The notes beneath the pieces were generated by a model, which searched no databases, was not told where the DNA came from, and saw only the letters and a list, made by a program, of their open reading frames with translations. Positions 49,256 through 63,754 of a DNA stretch of 64,000 bases are shown here, in pieces. The DNA is taken from the NCBI RefSeq assembly GCF_009914755.1, contig NC_060942.1. One strand, written 5' to 3'. The first letter of the stretch is position 1. The number at the start of each line of letters is the position of its first letter. The translations under genes were made by a program, and so were the position numbers. This DNA is from the human T2T-CHM13v2.0 reference genome, Homo sapiens.

Positions 49256-49960
49256 TGATATGGTTTGGCTCTGTGTCCCCACCCAAATCTCATCTTGAAT
49301 TGTAATCCCCATCTGTGGAGTGAGGGAAGTGATTGGATTATGGGGACAGTTTCCCTGTATCAGTCTGTTTTTACACTGCTAATAAAGACACGCCCAAGAC
49401 TGGGTAATTTACAAAAGAAAAAGGTTTAATTGGACTTACAGTTCCATGCAGCTGGGGAAGCCTCACAATCATGGCAGAAGGCAAGGAGGAGCAAGTCACA
49501 TCTTACATGGATGACAGCAGGCAAAGAGAGAGAACTTGTGTAGGGGAACTCCTCTTTTTAAAACCACCAGATTTCATGAGACTTATTTACTATCATGAGA
49601 ACAGCACAGGAAAGACTTGCCCCCATGATTCAGTTACCTCCCACCAGGTCCCTCCCACAACATGTGGGAATTCAGGATGAGATTTGGGTGGGGACACAGC
49701 CAAACCATAACATTTCTCCCATGCTGTTTTCAGGATGGTAAGTGAATTCGCATCTATAAGTGGCAGTTTTTCCTGTGCTCACACATGCTCTCTCTTGCCC
49801 ACTGCCATGTAAGATGTGCCTGCTTCCCCTTCCACCATGATTGTAAGTTTCCTGATGCCTCCCCAGCCATATGGAAGTGCAAGTGAATTAAACATCTTTT
49901 CTTTATAAATTACCCAGACTTGAGTATGTCTTTATAGCCATGTAAGAACAGACTAACACA
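49256..49960 (+). mobile_element. THE1D-like LTR, interrupted
   Basis: tgatatggtttggctctgtgtcccc ... gactaacaca; flanks acaga/acaaa. Confidence 0.85.
49356..49712 (-). mobile_element. THE1B/C-like LTR
   Basis: tgtatcagtctgttt ... gggacacagccaaaccataaca, antisense inside the THE1D-like LTR. Confidence 0.9.
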
Positions 49961-50493
49961 ACAAACACACTCTTTCTTGACCTTTAAGTCTCTCCTACAG
50001 TATTGATTTCTCATAGAATCATTCTCAGATCTACTACAACACCCTTAATTCCACACTGTTGGATAGGTAGCCATTCCCATTCTCTAATTGTACCCATCCA
50101 TGCTGCTATTATGGCAACAAAAATAAATACCTTCCTCTGGTTATTTATTTTCATGGTAATATCTCCCTGACTATTCCATAAGCATAGAGACTAGTATGTG
50201 TGGACTTTTGAGTCCCTAAATCTTTGTACAGAGTCTACTTAGCAAGAACCCAATAAATGTTTGTGAAAGTGCCCTAAATTGGAATTATGGTAAGTATTCC
50301 AATATTAAACTTCCTATGTATTACAGAAGTTGCCAATCCATGTGTATCATTTGCTAATAATTCTTTTATAACCATAGAGATAATTGTTATTTTTCTATTT
50401 TACTTTAAGCAGAGTTATCATAGTGGAAGCTCAGGCTGTGATATTTAAAACTCTATCAGGAAGAGTAGACAGTAAGTACCACATGGTGATCAA

Positions 50494-50866
50494 GTATTCC
50501 AGTCTGCTAGGGCTGCCATAACAAAATACCACAGACTGGGTGGCTTAAACAACAGATATTTATCCTCTCACAATTCTGGAGACTAGAAATTCAAGATAAA
50601 TGGGTCAGCAGATTTGTTTCTTCTGAAGACTCTCTCCTTGGCTTATAGATGACCATCTTCTCACTGTGATCTCACATGGTTGCCTCTCAGTCTGCCTGTG
50701 TGTGTGTGGCTGCACACATGTGTCTTAATCTCCTCTTCTTATAAAGACACCTGTCATATTGAATTAGAGTTCACCCAGATGATCTCATTTTAGCTTAATC
50801 ATTTTGGTAAAGACCCTCTCTCAGGCATAGGCTGAAGAATTGGGGGTTAAGGTTCAGCCTACAACA
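50494..50866 (-). mobile_element. MLT1A/B MaLR LTR
   Basis: gggctgccataacaaaataccacagactgggtggcttaaacaacag ... ttcagcctacaaca. Confidence 0.85.
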
Positions 50867-51775
50867 CAAGGAATATAAGACAGGGATTTTCTTTCATCAT
50901 ATAGTTCCTATAAGTAAAAATATGATGAGACTACATATGGTAAATGCCTCAAATTAATTTTATTACTACCATATTATCTATAAATCAAAAAGGTGAAATG
51001 CTTTTAGATGACCACAAGTACATTTATGAGAGCAGCACTCTGACTGAGGGTTGGATGCTAAAACACATTATGAACTCCTGCTTATGTTTCCTGAATGTAA
51101 ACTTCTGGATGTGCTCATCAATATTTTTGGGTTGGGGAAAATTATCTGATGACTATATACACAATTCTAAAACATACAGCCAGTTATTTTCTGTTATTAC
51201 TTCATATAAACAGTTATTTTACTGAATTAAGTGACTTTGAATTGCTGTAACCAGCCAAGTCAGACAAATTGGCCAAGCTCACTTGTAAGTGAATTATTTG
51301 GATCTCAACATGGGACAAAAGAATGAATAGAAAACTTCAATAAACCAAATGCTCCAATAGGTTAGGCAGTTTGTATTTCTAAGCTCAAATAACCATGAAA
51401 AACTGCTGCTTGAATTTAGTGATTAAATTTTTAAAGATTTGAAAAATTTAAACCAGCCAGTTATATTCAGAATCATTTTTTAAGATGAACTTTCAGAAAT
51501 TAGACCAAATCCCAGTGTTGTTGTTGCTGTTATTATGTAGAATACAAACTTGTTCATTTTAGGAAATTAGAAAATTACAATAAAGAAAAGAAGAAAAATT
51601 AAGCTCATACCTCCCTTAACCCCATGGAACATTTCTGGGCAACAACAGAGGGGCTAGAATCTAAGTTAGAGACTCTTCAGAGAAGATGGTTTGTAGCATA
51701 TGTGTGTGTGGGTGGGGTATGTGTGTTTAATGTTAATATTAAATGATATTCAAAATATATCAAGTTAAAAGCAAT

Positions 51776-52305
51776 ATGTACCCACTCCTAGGTATTTACC
51801 CAAGTCAAATAATAACTGTTTTCCACTAAAACCTGTCTGAAATACTTATAATGACTTTATTCTTAATCATCAAGAAGTAGAAACAACCCAGTTGTCTATC
51901 AACTGGGAAATGGGTAAACAAACTGTGGTACATCCATACAATGGAATACTATTTAGCAATGAAAAGAAACAAACTACCAGTACATGCAACAGCACAGGTG
52001 AATCTCAAATGCATATTTCTAAGTGAAAAAAAGCCAGACTGAAAAGGCTACATACTGCATGATTCCATTTATATGACATTTTGAGAAAGGCAGTTAGAGA
52101 GAGGAAAACATATTAGTTAGAGCCAGAAAAGTAGAGGGAGGATTTGACTACAAGAGATATCATGGGAGAGTATTTTCAGGGAGAGGGATGATAGAACTGT
52201 TTTGTATTTTAGTTGTGTCGTTCTGCAACTCTATGCATTTATCAAAACTCATAGAACTGTCTAACAGAAAGTGAATTTCATCATGTGTAAATTAAAAATA
52301 AGTTT
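51776..52305 (+). mobile_element. L1MB-type 3' end
   Basis: ccactcctaggtatttaccc, aaactgtggtacatccatacaatggaatact, gattccatttatatgac, aaaactcatagaactgt. Confidence 0.8.
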
Positions 52306-54423
52306 TAAAAACACATTATGAAGTTATTCATAATTATTCTTCATAATTCATAATTATTCTTCCCTTTGTGTTTTGTTTTTAAATGTACGTATAATACTAT
52401 AATATGTATTGTTAAATGTGTACATGCATAAAAACTCTTTCTGGTGGTACATAAAAAGGCACTTAGAGTGTTGGCCCCAAGGAAGGAGAGTAGAGGTTCC
52501 AAAATAGAAGGAAGACTTGATTTTTCATTGTATGTATAGTTATATTGCTTGAATTGTTTATGATGTTAGTATAGTGCTTTCCAGTTAAAAATATACTAAA
52601 CTAAAATAATATATAAACGTTATGAGGCTGCAATTTTAGAACCTACTTAGGTATATTTTCCTTTTTGACCAAACTAAATATTCTGTTTTCCTTGAATCTG
52701 AGCACAATTAGGTTATGGAAATGTTCTGAAAGTTACTTGACGACAGAAGCAGCCTGAACACTGGGGTTGCAATCTTTCCCTGTTCTCTAAGGGATTCTCA
52801 CAATTACTCCCTGTGGACAGCCAAAGCCAAAAATCAATGAAGGTAGAATCAGCAGGTTGTTCCATGGTAGAAATGGCCTCAATTTCATCAATAGCAGTCA
52901 GCATAGACTTCGGAAGTAAAAAAGACTCAGAAAAAATATAGGAGCTTAATACCCAGGATACCCAATCTGGTAGCTAGCTGAAATTGCATATACACAAGGC
53001 CTTTAATTACATTTTCCATTTAAACTGCCAGTGAAATACATTTGAGAGGAGGAATTAACTTGTCATTAAGAACGCTTTAAGCAGCCCGCTGTGCAACAGG
53101 GCTGTGCTAAGTCTCAAATGACTGGACAGAGTAATCACTTTCTCCTTCAAGTTATGCAAAAAGCTAGAAAACAAAGTGCCTCACCAATGACGCATTTCAG
53201 ACATCCAAGCTACCCAAGGCAAGAGTCTTTATCATGTTAAAAAGAAGATACTAGAATAGCACATTAATAAAAAAAACCCATACTGATATTTTTTAGAAAA
53301 TCTGTATGTCTGTATGTATATCTGTATGAAACAGTATGTGTCTCTAGATTGATTACACCTTCTAGATTGACTGTCTATGAAATACTTCAGAGGGAAATTT
53401 CTATCTAATTTCACCTGTCTTTTCATAAAGGGAGACTGTATTTGTAGAATCAAAAAACAGCTGATAAATCCAGTGTGGAAAGGGTGCTATTTTTGTGCAA
53501 GGTCACACCTGCACACTATTCCAGAAACTGTCTAAAAAACATTTTTTGCTATTTTTGTTTGCCTGCTTTAAACTTTTATTGGGAACTTTAATTCTCACAC
53601 AGAAAAGTATATGAAATATGGACTATACATGATCAGGCTCACATAATTTTAATGCTATAAATCATTTATCATATATATTATGTGCCAAAAATATTTTTGC
53701 CCACTTCTTCATTTGCCTTTTCATTTTTCAAATGATGCCTTTTAAAGAGCACAAATGTTGATTTCCATCAAAAGGAATACATTACTTTTTTGTTTAGTGC
53801 ATTTTTAATCAAATCTAAGAAAATATCTGCCTACTTCAAATTTACCAAGACATTCTGCTACATTTTCATCTAGGATCATCATAATTTTCAATTTTACGTT
53901 GACTTCTAAAATCCATCTCCAACTAACATTTGTGGAAGGTGTAAGGGAAGAGTTGAGATTTGTTTGTTTTTTTTTTTTTTAGATGCATCCAGGTGCCTCA
54001 GTACCTCTTATTAAGCAGAATTGCCATTCCCCCACTGAATTGCCTTGGTGCCTTTTTGCTTTTTAAAAATCAACTTACATGAATTTATGAATTTACTTCT
54101 GGACTCTCTATTCTATGTATTGGCTTATTCACTTATTCTTATGTTAAAATATCCCAGTTTAGATTCCTAAAGCATTATGATGGGTTTTGAAATCATATTA
54201 TGTAAGTCCTGCAAATTGCTAGGTCTAATTATGGCAATTGTTTATTACATTTCTAAGAAGCTGTCAAACAGATATTAGGCATTTATAAGAATGGATAAAG
54301 TAAAAAATAGTGACAGCCCCAAATGCTGATGAGAATGCAGAGAAACGATCACTTGTACATTGGTGGCAGGAAGTAAAACGATATTTCTTTTTTAATCCAT
54401 TGATATAGTGAATTTCACTGATT

Positions 54424-54792
54424 ATGCTGCCATAAAAAATGATGAGTTCATGTTCTTTGTAGGGACATGGATAAAATTGGAAATCATCATTCTCAGTCAA
54501 CTATTGCAAGGACAAAAAACCAAACACCGCATGTTCTCACTCATAGGTGGGAATTGAACAATGAGAACACATGGACACAGGAAAGGGAACATCACACTCT
54601 GGGGACTGTTGTGGGGTGGGGGGAGGGGGGAGGGATAGCATTAGGAGATATACCTAATGCTAAATGACGAGTTAATGGGTGCAGCACACCAGCATGGCAC
54701 ATGTATACATATGTAACTAACCTGCACATTGTGCACATGTACCCTAAAACTTAAAGTATAATAATAATAAAATAAAATAAAATAAAATAAAA
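54424..54792 (+). mobile_element. L1PA3-like 3' fragment
   Basis: cctaatgctaaatgacgag, caccagcatgg, gtaactaacctg; (taaaa)n tail; no TSD seen. Confidence 0.9.
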
Positions 54793-55210
54793 TGGTAAAT
54801 CCACTATGCATTCTTAGTTTTGATATACAACCCTCTCAATATGTTTCTACAGTTAATTCACTAATATTTTTCAGGAATTTTGGTACAAATGTTCATGAGG
54901 AATACTGGTGTATAATTTTTATTCTAGATCTTATCAAGTTTTGGTAACAGGATGATGACATCTTCATAAAACAAGAAGTTTTTCCCCCATCTATTTCCTT
55001 AAAAATAATTGTCTAAGATTTGCATTTTTCATGGTTTATAATTTGCACTTAAATTCTTTGGGCCAGAAATTTTTTCTGTGAGTTTTTTAAAATAACAAGT
55101 TTAATTTATTTAATAAATATAAAGCCATTTATATTTTCTACTTTATCTTATATAAAATTAGACAGTTGTATTTTTTCTAGTCATCTGTTAGAGTTTTATC
55201 TAAAAGCAAC

Positions 55211-55686
55211 AAAATACATGCCATGGAATACTATGCAGCCATAAAAAGGAATGAGATCATGTGCCTTTTCAGAGACGTGATGGAGCTGGAGATAATTATC
55301 CTTAGCAAACTTATGCAGGAACACAAAACCAAATGTCACACGTTCTCACTTACAAGTGGGAGCTACACAAAACCAAATGTCACACATTCTCACTTACAAG
55401 TGGGAGCTAAATGATGAGAACCCATGGACACATAGTGGGGAACCACATGCACTGGGGCCTGCTGGAGCGTAGGGGATAAGGTCGGGGAGTGGATCAGGAA
55501 GACTAGCTAATGGATGCTAGGACTAATACCTGGGTGATAAGGTGATCTGTGAAGCAAACCACCATGGCACACATTTACCCGTTTAACAAACCTGCACATC
55601 CTGCACATGTACCCTTGAACTTCAAAGTTGGAAATTAAAAACAAAAAAAATTAAATAATTCAAAAAAAACGTAAACCAAAAAAAAA
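55211..55686 (+). mobile_element. Old L1PA (about PA13-16) 3' fragment with internal 44-bp duplication
   Basis: ggaatgagatcatg, gtgggagctaaatgatgagaac, tacctgggtgat; A-rich tail. Confidence 0.85.
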
Positions 55687-56722
55687 GTTCTAATATCCTC
55701 TTATAATCTTTTTAATGTTCTGGTATTTGTATTGATATCCTTCTTTGCAATTCTGCAACTATGTGTTATTTTTTGTTTTTTTTTTTTCCTCATTAATCAC
55801 ACCAGAGGAATATACACTTTACTGCCTTTTTCAAAATCAAATTTTTCCTTTGTCACTTCTCCACATTGTATACTTATTCTTCACTTACTGTTCTTTTCTT
55901 CTACTTTCTTTAGTTTTCTTTGTATATGAATATACACTTTCACCTAAGCCCTGCTCTCCTGCCTCTCACAAGTTTTATTATGTTGTGATTTGCCACAGAA
56001 TCTGTAGTATCACTTCTGTTTTCATCCCTGAGATTATTTGTATCTTTTCTCTCTTCTTTTTCTTAATTTTACCAGAAGTGAATCAATTTTCTTAGCCTTT
56101 TCAAGAAATTAAATTTTGGTATTTTTGATCTTCTCTATCTTACGCCTCTTTACCTTTGTACTTACATTTATTTCCTTCCTTCTACTTTCTTTGTACTCAG
56201 TTTATTTACATATAAATAAAACTTCCTCCAATAATTGTTTTTAGCTGTATTTCACAAGTTTTGATGTTGTATGTTTTTAATATTTTCATTTTTTTCTTTG
56301 ACCCAAAGCTTATTTATGAGTATACTTTTTATTTCTAAGAACATATTAATACATGTAATATGTATGTATCTATTACATTATATTTATCTCGATGAATGGA
56401 TGGATAGATAGATCTGAATTCATCCCTCTGATCGAATATATACTCTCCTGTGTAAGTTCATGGCCAATTTTAATAAATATTCTGTGCATGAATGAAAAAA
56501 AAGTGCACTCAGCAGTTGTTGGGTAGGATGTTCCATTTGGTTGATTTTAAGCTTACTCTTCCATATCTTCCAAATCTTCCGTATCTTTCTATTAGAGATA
56601 AGGGTGTTTAAAACCTCTCATTATAATTATTTTACTTCTACCATTTTTGCCTTATATATATTCACTTAAGAATATGTTATTAAATATATACAAATATAGA
56701 ATTGTATTTTCCTGGTAACTTA

Positions 56723-57016
<294 letters not shown>

Positions 57017-58784
57017 GAATGCTTTATTATTAAGTGATCTTCCTTATCTTATCGAAAATTGTTACCTAAAACATCTGTTTTTTCCAATGTTAATACTGCT
57101 GCTTTTTCTCCTCTTCCTGTTCTCTTTCTTTTCTTTCTTCCTCTCATTCTTCTGGCTTCTGTCCTTCATTCTCTCGTTCTTTTACTTCTGTCCCTCCTTT
57201 TTCTTCTTTTCCTCTCCCTCCTTTTTGTCCTTTTTCTTTTGAAGTACTTATGTCTGATATCATTTTCAGTATGTTTACTTTCCATTTTTCTAAACTTATT
57301 TTCGTTATATCTCTAGTAAATGGGTTATAGTTAAGTTTGTAAATAAAATCTTATCTGACAATCTTTGTCTTTTAACTTCAGCATTTAGTTCATTTACATC
57401 AATGTAGTATTGAAGTATAAATTCTGTGTATATACACATACATATATATACACACAGATACACATGCCACATTTCAATATGATTTCTAATTGTCTAGTTT
57501 ATGTTTTTCTTTTTTGCCTTTAGTGAGGGTTAAATTTTAAAAAATTGATTTATCCTCCTGATGCTTCAGAAATTTAATTTGCTTGATGACTATTTTAGTA
57601 GTTACCTTAGATTACAATTTTCATTTTTAACTTATTAAATTCTAGAGTTATATGTGCCCTCCTCCCAGAAAATGCAGTGAACTTTGACTACATCAATCCA
57701 AGTTATCCCACTCTCAACTTACATGCTACTGTCTTCTTACACTTTAGTTTTCTATATATTTTAAAGCCCTTAATTTGTTATCATTGTTTTTCACTGTCAA
57801 TGTTTAATATTTAATTAGATTGATACACATATGTGCAGTTTCTATGGTTCTTTCTCCATTTCCTTGTGAGAGCTTTCACTTGGAATGAGGAACTTCCACT
57901 TGGAATTTCTGTCCACAGAGTATCTCTAACTATGTTTTTAGTACAACAATACTCATGGTTTTCATCTTTTTCTTCTTTTTCCTTTTTTTTGATTCCAAAA
58001 TATTTTATTCCACTTTTGAAAGATATCTTTGCTGGGTGGATAATTCCACTTTGTTTTTCATAATTTCTGTTGTGATTGCTGCTGCCAGTCCAACTTTAGT
58101 TGCTTTGTAGGACATCTGTTATGTTCATACAGCCACTTTTAAGATTTTCTCTTTTTTCTTTGGGTTTCTGCAGTTTCATGATTATATATTTACAAGTAGG
58201 TTTATTTTCACTTATGCTATTTATAATTATTTGGATTCTTTGAATTTGTAAATTGACAGTACTAGATTTGAAAAAAAAAATTGTCATTATCTTCCCAAAT
58301 GTTTTTCCTCTGATTTTCATCTTCCTTAAAAATTCCAATTAAATATATATTTATCCTTCTTCTATATCAATTCTCTCTTTGAGATAATTTCTTGTACCTA
58401 TCTTTCATTTCACTGATTCTCAGTTTGGCTACGTCTACTTTGCTATTGAACCTCTCCATTGAATTTTTCATTGGAGATATTGAATTTTCCTGTTCCAGAA
58501 TTTCTAGTTGAGAAAAAAAAAAAAAAACCTGCCATGTCACATTTTACAGTTTCCAGTTTCTTGCCAAAAGTTTTAGGTTTGATTCTTTTATTTATGTACA
58601 TAAAAAGCCTAGTTCTTTCCTAGTTTGAATCTGATAATATATACATATATTACCTGATTTCTATCTGTTTCTAACATCTGTAACTTGTGCTAGTTGTTGT
58701 GTATGTTGCTCTATCACCTTACATCCTTACATGCCTGATAATCTTTGATTCCAGGCTAAACATTGACTTTGGAAACTTATTTGT

Positions 58785-59293
58785 TGTTGGGAGCAGGCCC
58801 CCCAGAATCTGGCCATAAACTGGCCCCAAAACTGGCCATAAACAAAATCTCTGCAGCACTGTAATATGTTCATAATGGCCCTAATGCCCATGCTGGAAGG
58901 TTGTGGGCTTACAGGAATGAGGGCAAGGAACACCTGGCCCACTCAGGGCGGAAAACTGCTTAAAGGCATTCTTAAGCCACAAACAATAGCATGAGCAATC
59001 TGTGCCTTAAGGACATGCTCCTGCTGCAGTTAACTAGCCCAATCTATTCCTTTAATTTGGCCCATCCCTTCGTTTCCCATAAGGGATACTTTTAGTTAAT
59101 TTAATATCTATAGAAACAATGCTAACGACTGGTTTGCTGTTAATAAATATGTGGGTAAATCTCTGTTCAGGGCTCTCAGCTCTGAAGGCTGTGAGACCCC
59201 TGATTTCCCACTTCACACCTCTATATTTCTGTGTATGTGTCTTTAATTCCTCTAGCACAGCTGGGTTAGGGTCTGCCCAAGCTGGTCCCGGCA
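58785..59293 (+). mobile_element. MER9 (HERV-K HML-3) solo LTR
   Basis: tgttgggagcaggcccccc..tggccataaactggccccaaaactggccataaac ... cggca; perfect 6-bp TSD atttgt. Confidence 0.9.
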
Positions 59294-60149
59294 ATTTGTA
59301 GACATAATGTAATGCCTAAGATAAAAGGATCTATCAAGGGGATTTCTATTTACTGTTTCCACGTAATCAGGTATACTCTCAATGTAGAGGGATCACCTTA
59401 ATACAATTTTATTATAATTTTAATACAATTGAAATTCATTTGGTTCACCCAGCATTGAATTGGCTTATTTCTAGTACTTACTTATTCCTAATATGCTTTC
59501 TGTAAGCATTTTAAGCTAAAACACATAGGGTGGTTTACAAGAATTGTCACCCTTGATAAGCTCTGAAACACAGCCTTTGTTCCCCCAGCTTTTTTCATGC
59601 TGACAAAAGTTCAGCTCAGGCTTTCAACCACTTTATTCCAATTATCAAAAAATCCTAGCAAAAAAACTGCTCTTAATGCTGGACAGTCTTCTTCGGAATT
59701 CTCTTGAGACTTTAGGCTAGTTATTCCTCAGCATGTTGTTAGTGCTTTGCTAATTTTAAGCAGAGTTTTTTTCTTACTTCCTCCAGCTTTTTTAGGTGTC
59801 CAAATTATCTAGTTAATCATTTGTAGAAGCAGAAATCCTGGAACTTCATTTTTAACTAGAAGCTGGTTGATGATGCCCTACACTAATGAAATTAAAGGTC
59901 TAACTCAAACAGTAAAATATACTTATCTACACATATTTTATGCAATTCATTCAATAACAAACAATACATCAGATTCATTACCTTAAGTTTAGCCTATAGC
60001 TTTCTCCTTATTCTCCTGAATTTGTTATGCAGCCATTTGTTTCAAAATAATTTAATATCACCAAGGAAATACAGAGGGAAGAACACAAGAAGGTATAAAG
60101 TTATATACTTATTATGGTAACATATTGCTAACAAACTCATAAGCTTGAG

Positions 60150-60518
60150 GTTTGGGAGAGCCAGTGGTATAGCTCCAGTCCAAACCTGAAGGCCTGAGAA
60201 CAGAGGAGAAAATGGTGTGTCAGCTCAAGTCTGAAGGCCTGAGACTTAGGAGCCTTGATATCCAAGGACAAGAAAAGATGAATATCCCAACTCAATCAAA
60301 GAAAGCAAATTCACCATTCCTTCACCTTTTTCTTCTATTAAGGTCCTTCAGCCATTGAATAGTGCCCACCTGCATTGGTGAGGGAGATCTTTTCTCAGTC
60401 TACTGATTCCAATGCTGCTATCTTTCAGAAACACCCTCACAGACACACCCAGCAAAAATATTTCCATTCTGGGCATCCCTTAGCCCAGTCAAGTTGACAT
60501 ATGAAATTAACTATTACA
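60150..60518 (-). mobile_element. MLT2 (ERVL) LTR fragment
   Basis: gaaggcctgagaac, gcccacctgcattggtgaggg, cccagtcaagttgacatatgaaattaac. Confidence 0.8.
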
Positions 60519-62689
60519 CAAGGGCACCCTAATAAGGATTGGGGAAATAGACCACCTCTTGATTAAAAGAACTGCAAAATCACACTGCAAATGATATGGA
60601 TAAAGGGAGGGATAAAAAACTTTAGGACATTTTTGCAATTTGTCTATCATATACTCAAGTTTCTGGGACCTGCAATGCAACCCAGAAGAAGGGGGTCAAG
60701 TGGGTTTTATTTTCAATTATTTTACATGATTCTTTCTCCTTTAATCTTATTTAATTATATATTTATTATCTCTATAATTAAGTATATTATTAACAGAGGA
60801 GATTATGGGGAAGAGAATAGACCAAGGAGGATGGAGATGTATAGAGTCTCAAACCTATCTTTTTTCAGAAAATAAACTCTAGGAATGATTGTCTCTCTTT
60901 CGTGGTACATAATATTTAATTTGGAATTCTTCAATTAGTGAGAGATATTTAGCGCCACTTTGGGTTTAGCCTGGGCTAGCTGCTGTGTTTCCTAGGGACC
61001 ATAGCAAAAACTCACATTTATATATAAAGTATATTATGTCCCAGAATATGAAAATTCTCAGAACTTCTGTTTAAGGATAAGAATAAAAGGATTGGTCAGA
61101 ATTGCCACTCTTAAAGTGTCCTTGAGGGACTTTTGCCTTTGTGGTGACATAATCTTCAGAAGACCACTATCTCTAAATGTCTAATTGCTTGTAAATGACT
61201 GATTATGGCTCAGGCATTCAGGGATTTATCTAAACCCTTCTTTAGTCCATTTAACCTTCCAGCCTGCACAATCTTTTGGGAGCATCAAGTTTCATATGTG
61301 TTTGGAGAGTTCCCAACCCTTCAAATGTAATTCTGCTCCCTTGAGTACAATAGAAAAGCACTTGGTACTTGTGGATTTCAAATCCCTTTACAGAAAAGAC
61401 CACAGTCCCATAGCTTCTGTTAGACACATGAAAAAACAACAACAAAAAAAACAACAAAAAAATCAAAATAAAACTATGTCTGTCTCTGTCTACTAGCTTT
61501 GCTATTTTGTAAGATGAATTAAGATAATTTTCTCCTTAAAATCCTTTGCTAACTTCATTTGTTTATCCATATTCTAATAAAGTTGGTAAAACTTTATTTA
61601 TTCAGGTTATAAAAAAGCAAAATTGTCCAGCATTTGGATTTTCTCTGTGTTCCCTCAGCCCTGGTACATGAAATAATACAGCAAGTTACCATTTTATAAT
61701 TGTATTATTATTCTTCTTTTAAGTCATTTTCCGTTTTTCTCCTATTGGAAATGTGCAAGAAAAAAAAATCTCATAACTTCCTTACTTCCTGTGGGAGTTA
61801 ATGGCTGCTAAGGATAATAGCCACGCAGAATACTGTAAGGAATAATAATTTTCCTACAGCTTCCAGGATGAAAACTTAATTTGATACTCAGTAATTTGAA
61901 CTACAGAGTTTAAATGATAAAAATTAAATAAAAATAAAAACTTCAACAGGCGACTAAGGTGATTGAGAATGTTTCATGAGTGTAATTTGAAAAGTGATTA
62001 TTCACCAAGAAAGTGGAATGAGCAAATAAAAATTATTGAGAAGAAACTAACCCATGGTAGGATTAAAACATTCTATTTACTAACAAAATTAAGTATAAAC
62101 TTATACACTATACATATATACACCTAAGGTATAGACACATACTTACGTGCCTGTGTGTTTTATGCCTTTATATCTTTATATAGAGAGAGGGAGAGAAAGA
62201 GAGAGATCTGAAACTACAAAAAAGTAAACTGGTAATGAGAGTATTAACTCAAATCCATCTTCAGACATGTTCAACAAAGTACCTGTCCCAGATTTTCCAA
62301 AGATTTTTTTTTTTTTTTTGGTTATACATCATTCACCTTTTGCATTAAGTGTGTCAACTCTCCCATCTCTTGCTATTCTGCATCCTAACATTTACTTTCT
62401 TGCATTAGAGTATGTGGTCAAATTGTGAAGATATCCATCCTAAATTTTTGTATCAGAAACTGTTCAAAGCTCCTATTTATAGCATCCTTCAAATATTTTT
62501 CTAAAGTTCTAGTTATTGATTTCCTAATTTGCCTCTGAAGTTAGAAATCCCTCCAATGAGGAAATTTAAAGTAACTCACTCTCCTCCAATGTGGACCTTA
62601 ATTCTAAAAATGCCTCTTATATATATCTACCATTGTATAATTAGGTTGATGCCCTTCACCTTGCAGTCAAAACTTCTTGTTTTATTGTT

Positions 62690-63716
62690 GTTGTTTTCAG
62701 CTTTTATTTTGGATTCAGAGGGCACATGTGCAGGTTTGTTGCATGAATATGTTGTGGGATGCTGAGGTTTGGGGTATGGGTGATCCCATCATCCAAGTAG
62801 TGAGCATAGCACCCAATAAGGGGTTTTTCAACCCCTATTTTTTTAGCCCCTATCCTCAGTGTCTACTTTCCCCATATTTACATTCACTTGTATTCAATGT
62901 TTAGCTCCTACTTATAAGTAAAAACATGATATATTTGATTTTCTGTTCTTGTGGGTTAAATTGCTTAGGATAATGGCCTCCAGTTCCATCCATGTTGCTG
63001 TAAAAGGTACATTTTTGTTCTTTTTTATGGCTGTATAGTAGTCCATGGCATATGTATGCCACCAATGGTATGTGTATCATTTTCTTTATTCAATCTACTC
63101 ACTGCTGATGGACACCTAGGTTGATTCCTTGTTTTTGCTATTGTGAATAGTGCTGCAATGAATGTATAAGTTCCTGTGTCTTTTAGATAGAATAAATTAT
63201 TTTCATTAGTAGCAGGGTCGAATGGGAGTTCTATTTTAAGTTCTTTTAGAAAACTCTAAGCTGGCTGAACTGATTTGCATTCCCAACAACAGCATATAAG
63301 CATCCCCTTTTCCCCACAGCCTTGCCCGTATCTATTGTTTTCTTGGCTGCTTATTATTTGCCATTTTGACTGCTGTGAGATGGTATCTTATTATTGTTTT
63401 GATTTGTACTTCTGTAATGATTAGTGATGTTGAGCATTTTTCACCTTTGTTGGTCACTTGTAAATCTTTTGAGAAGCGTCTGTTCATATTCTTTGCCTAT
63501 TTTTTAATTACATTTTTTTTTCGCTGGTTGATTTAAGTTCGTTATAGATCCTTGATATTAGACCTTTGTCAGATGCATAGTTTGCTAATATTTTCTCCCA
63601 TTCTGTAGGCTGTCTTTTTACTTGGTTGGTAATTTATTTTGCTATGCAGAAGCTCTTCAGTTTAATTAGGTTCCACTTGTCAAATTTTTTATTGCAATTG
63701 CTTTTGGGGACTTAGC

Positions 63717-63754
<38 letters not shown>

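Larger units (their letters stand above)
48865..49969 (+). mobile_element. MST (MSTB-like) LTR hosting nested THE1 LTRs
   Basis: ttgtcccctccaaatctcacgttgaa, gaggtgtttgggtcatg, gaaccatgagccaaataaac at 48865-49255. Confidence 0.8.

Noticed and set aside
57059-57316. Leucine/phenylalanine-rich membrane-like ORF
   Set aside because: Produced by a low-complexity pyrimidine tract.
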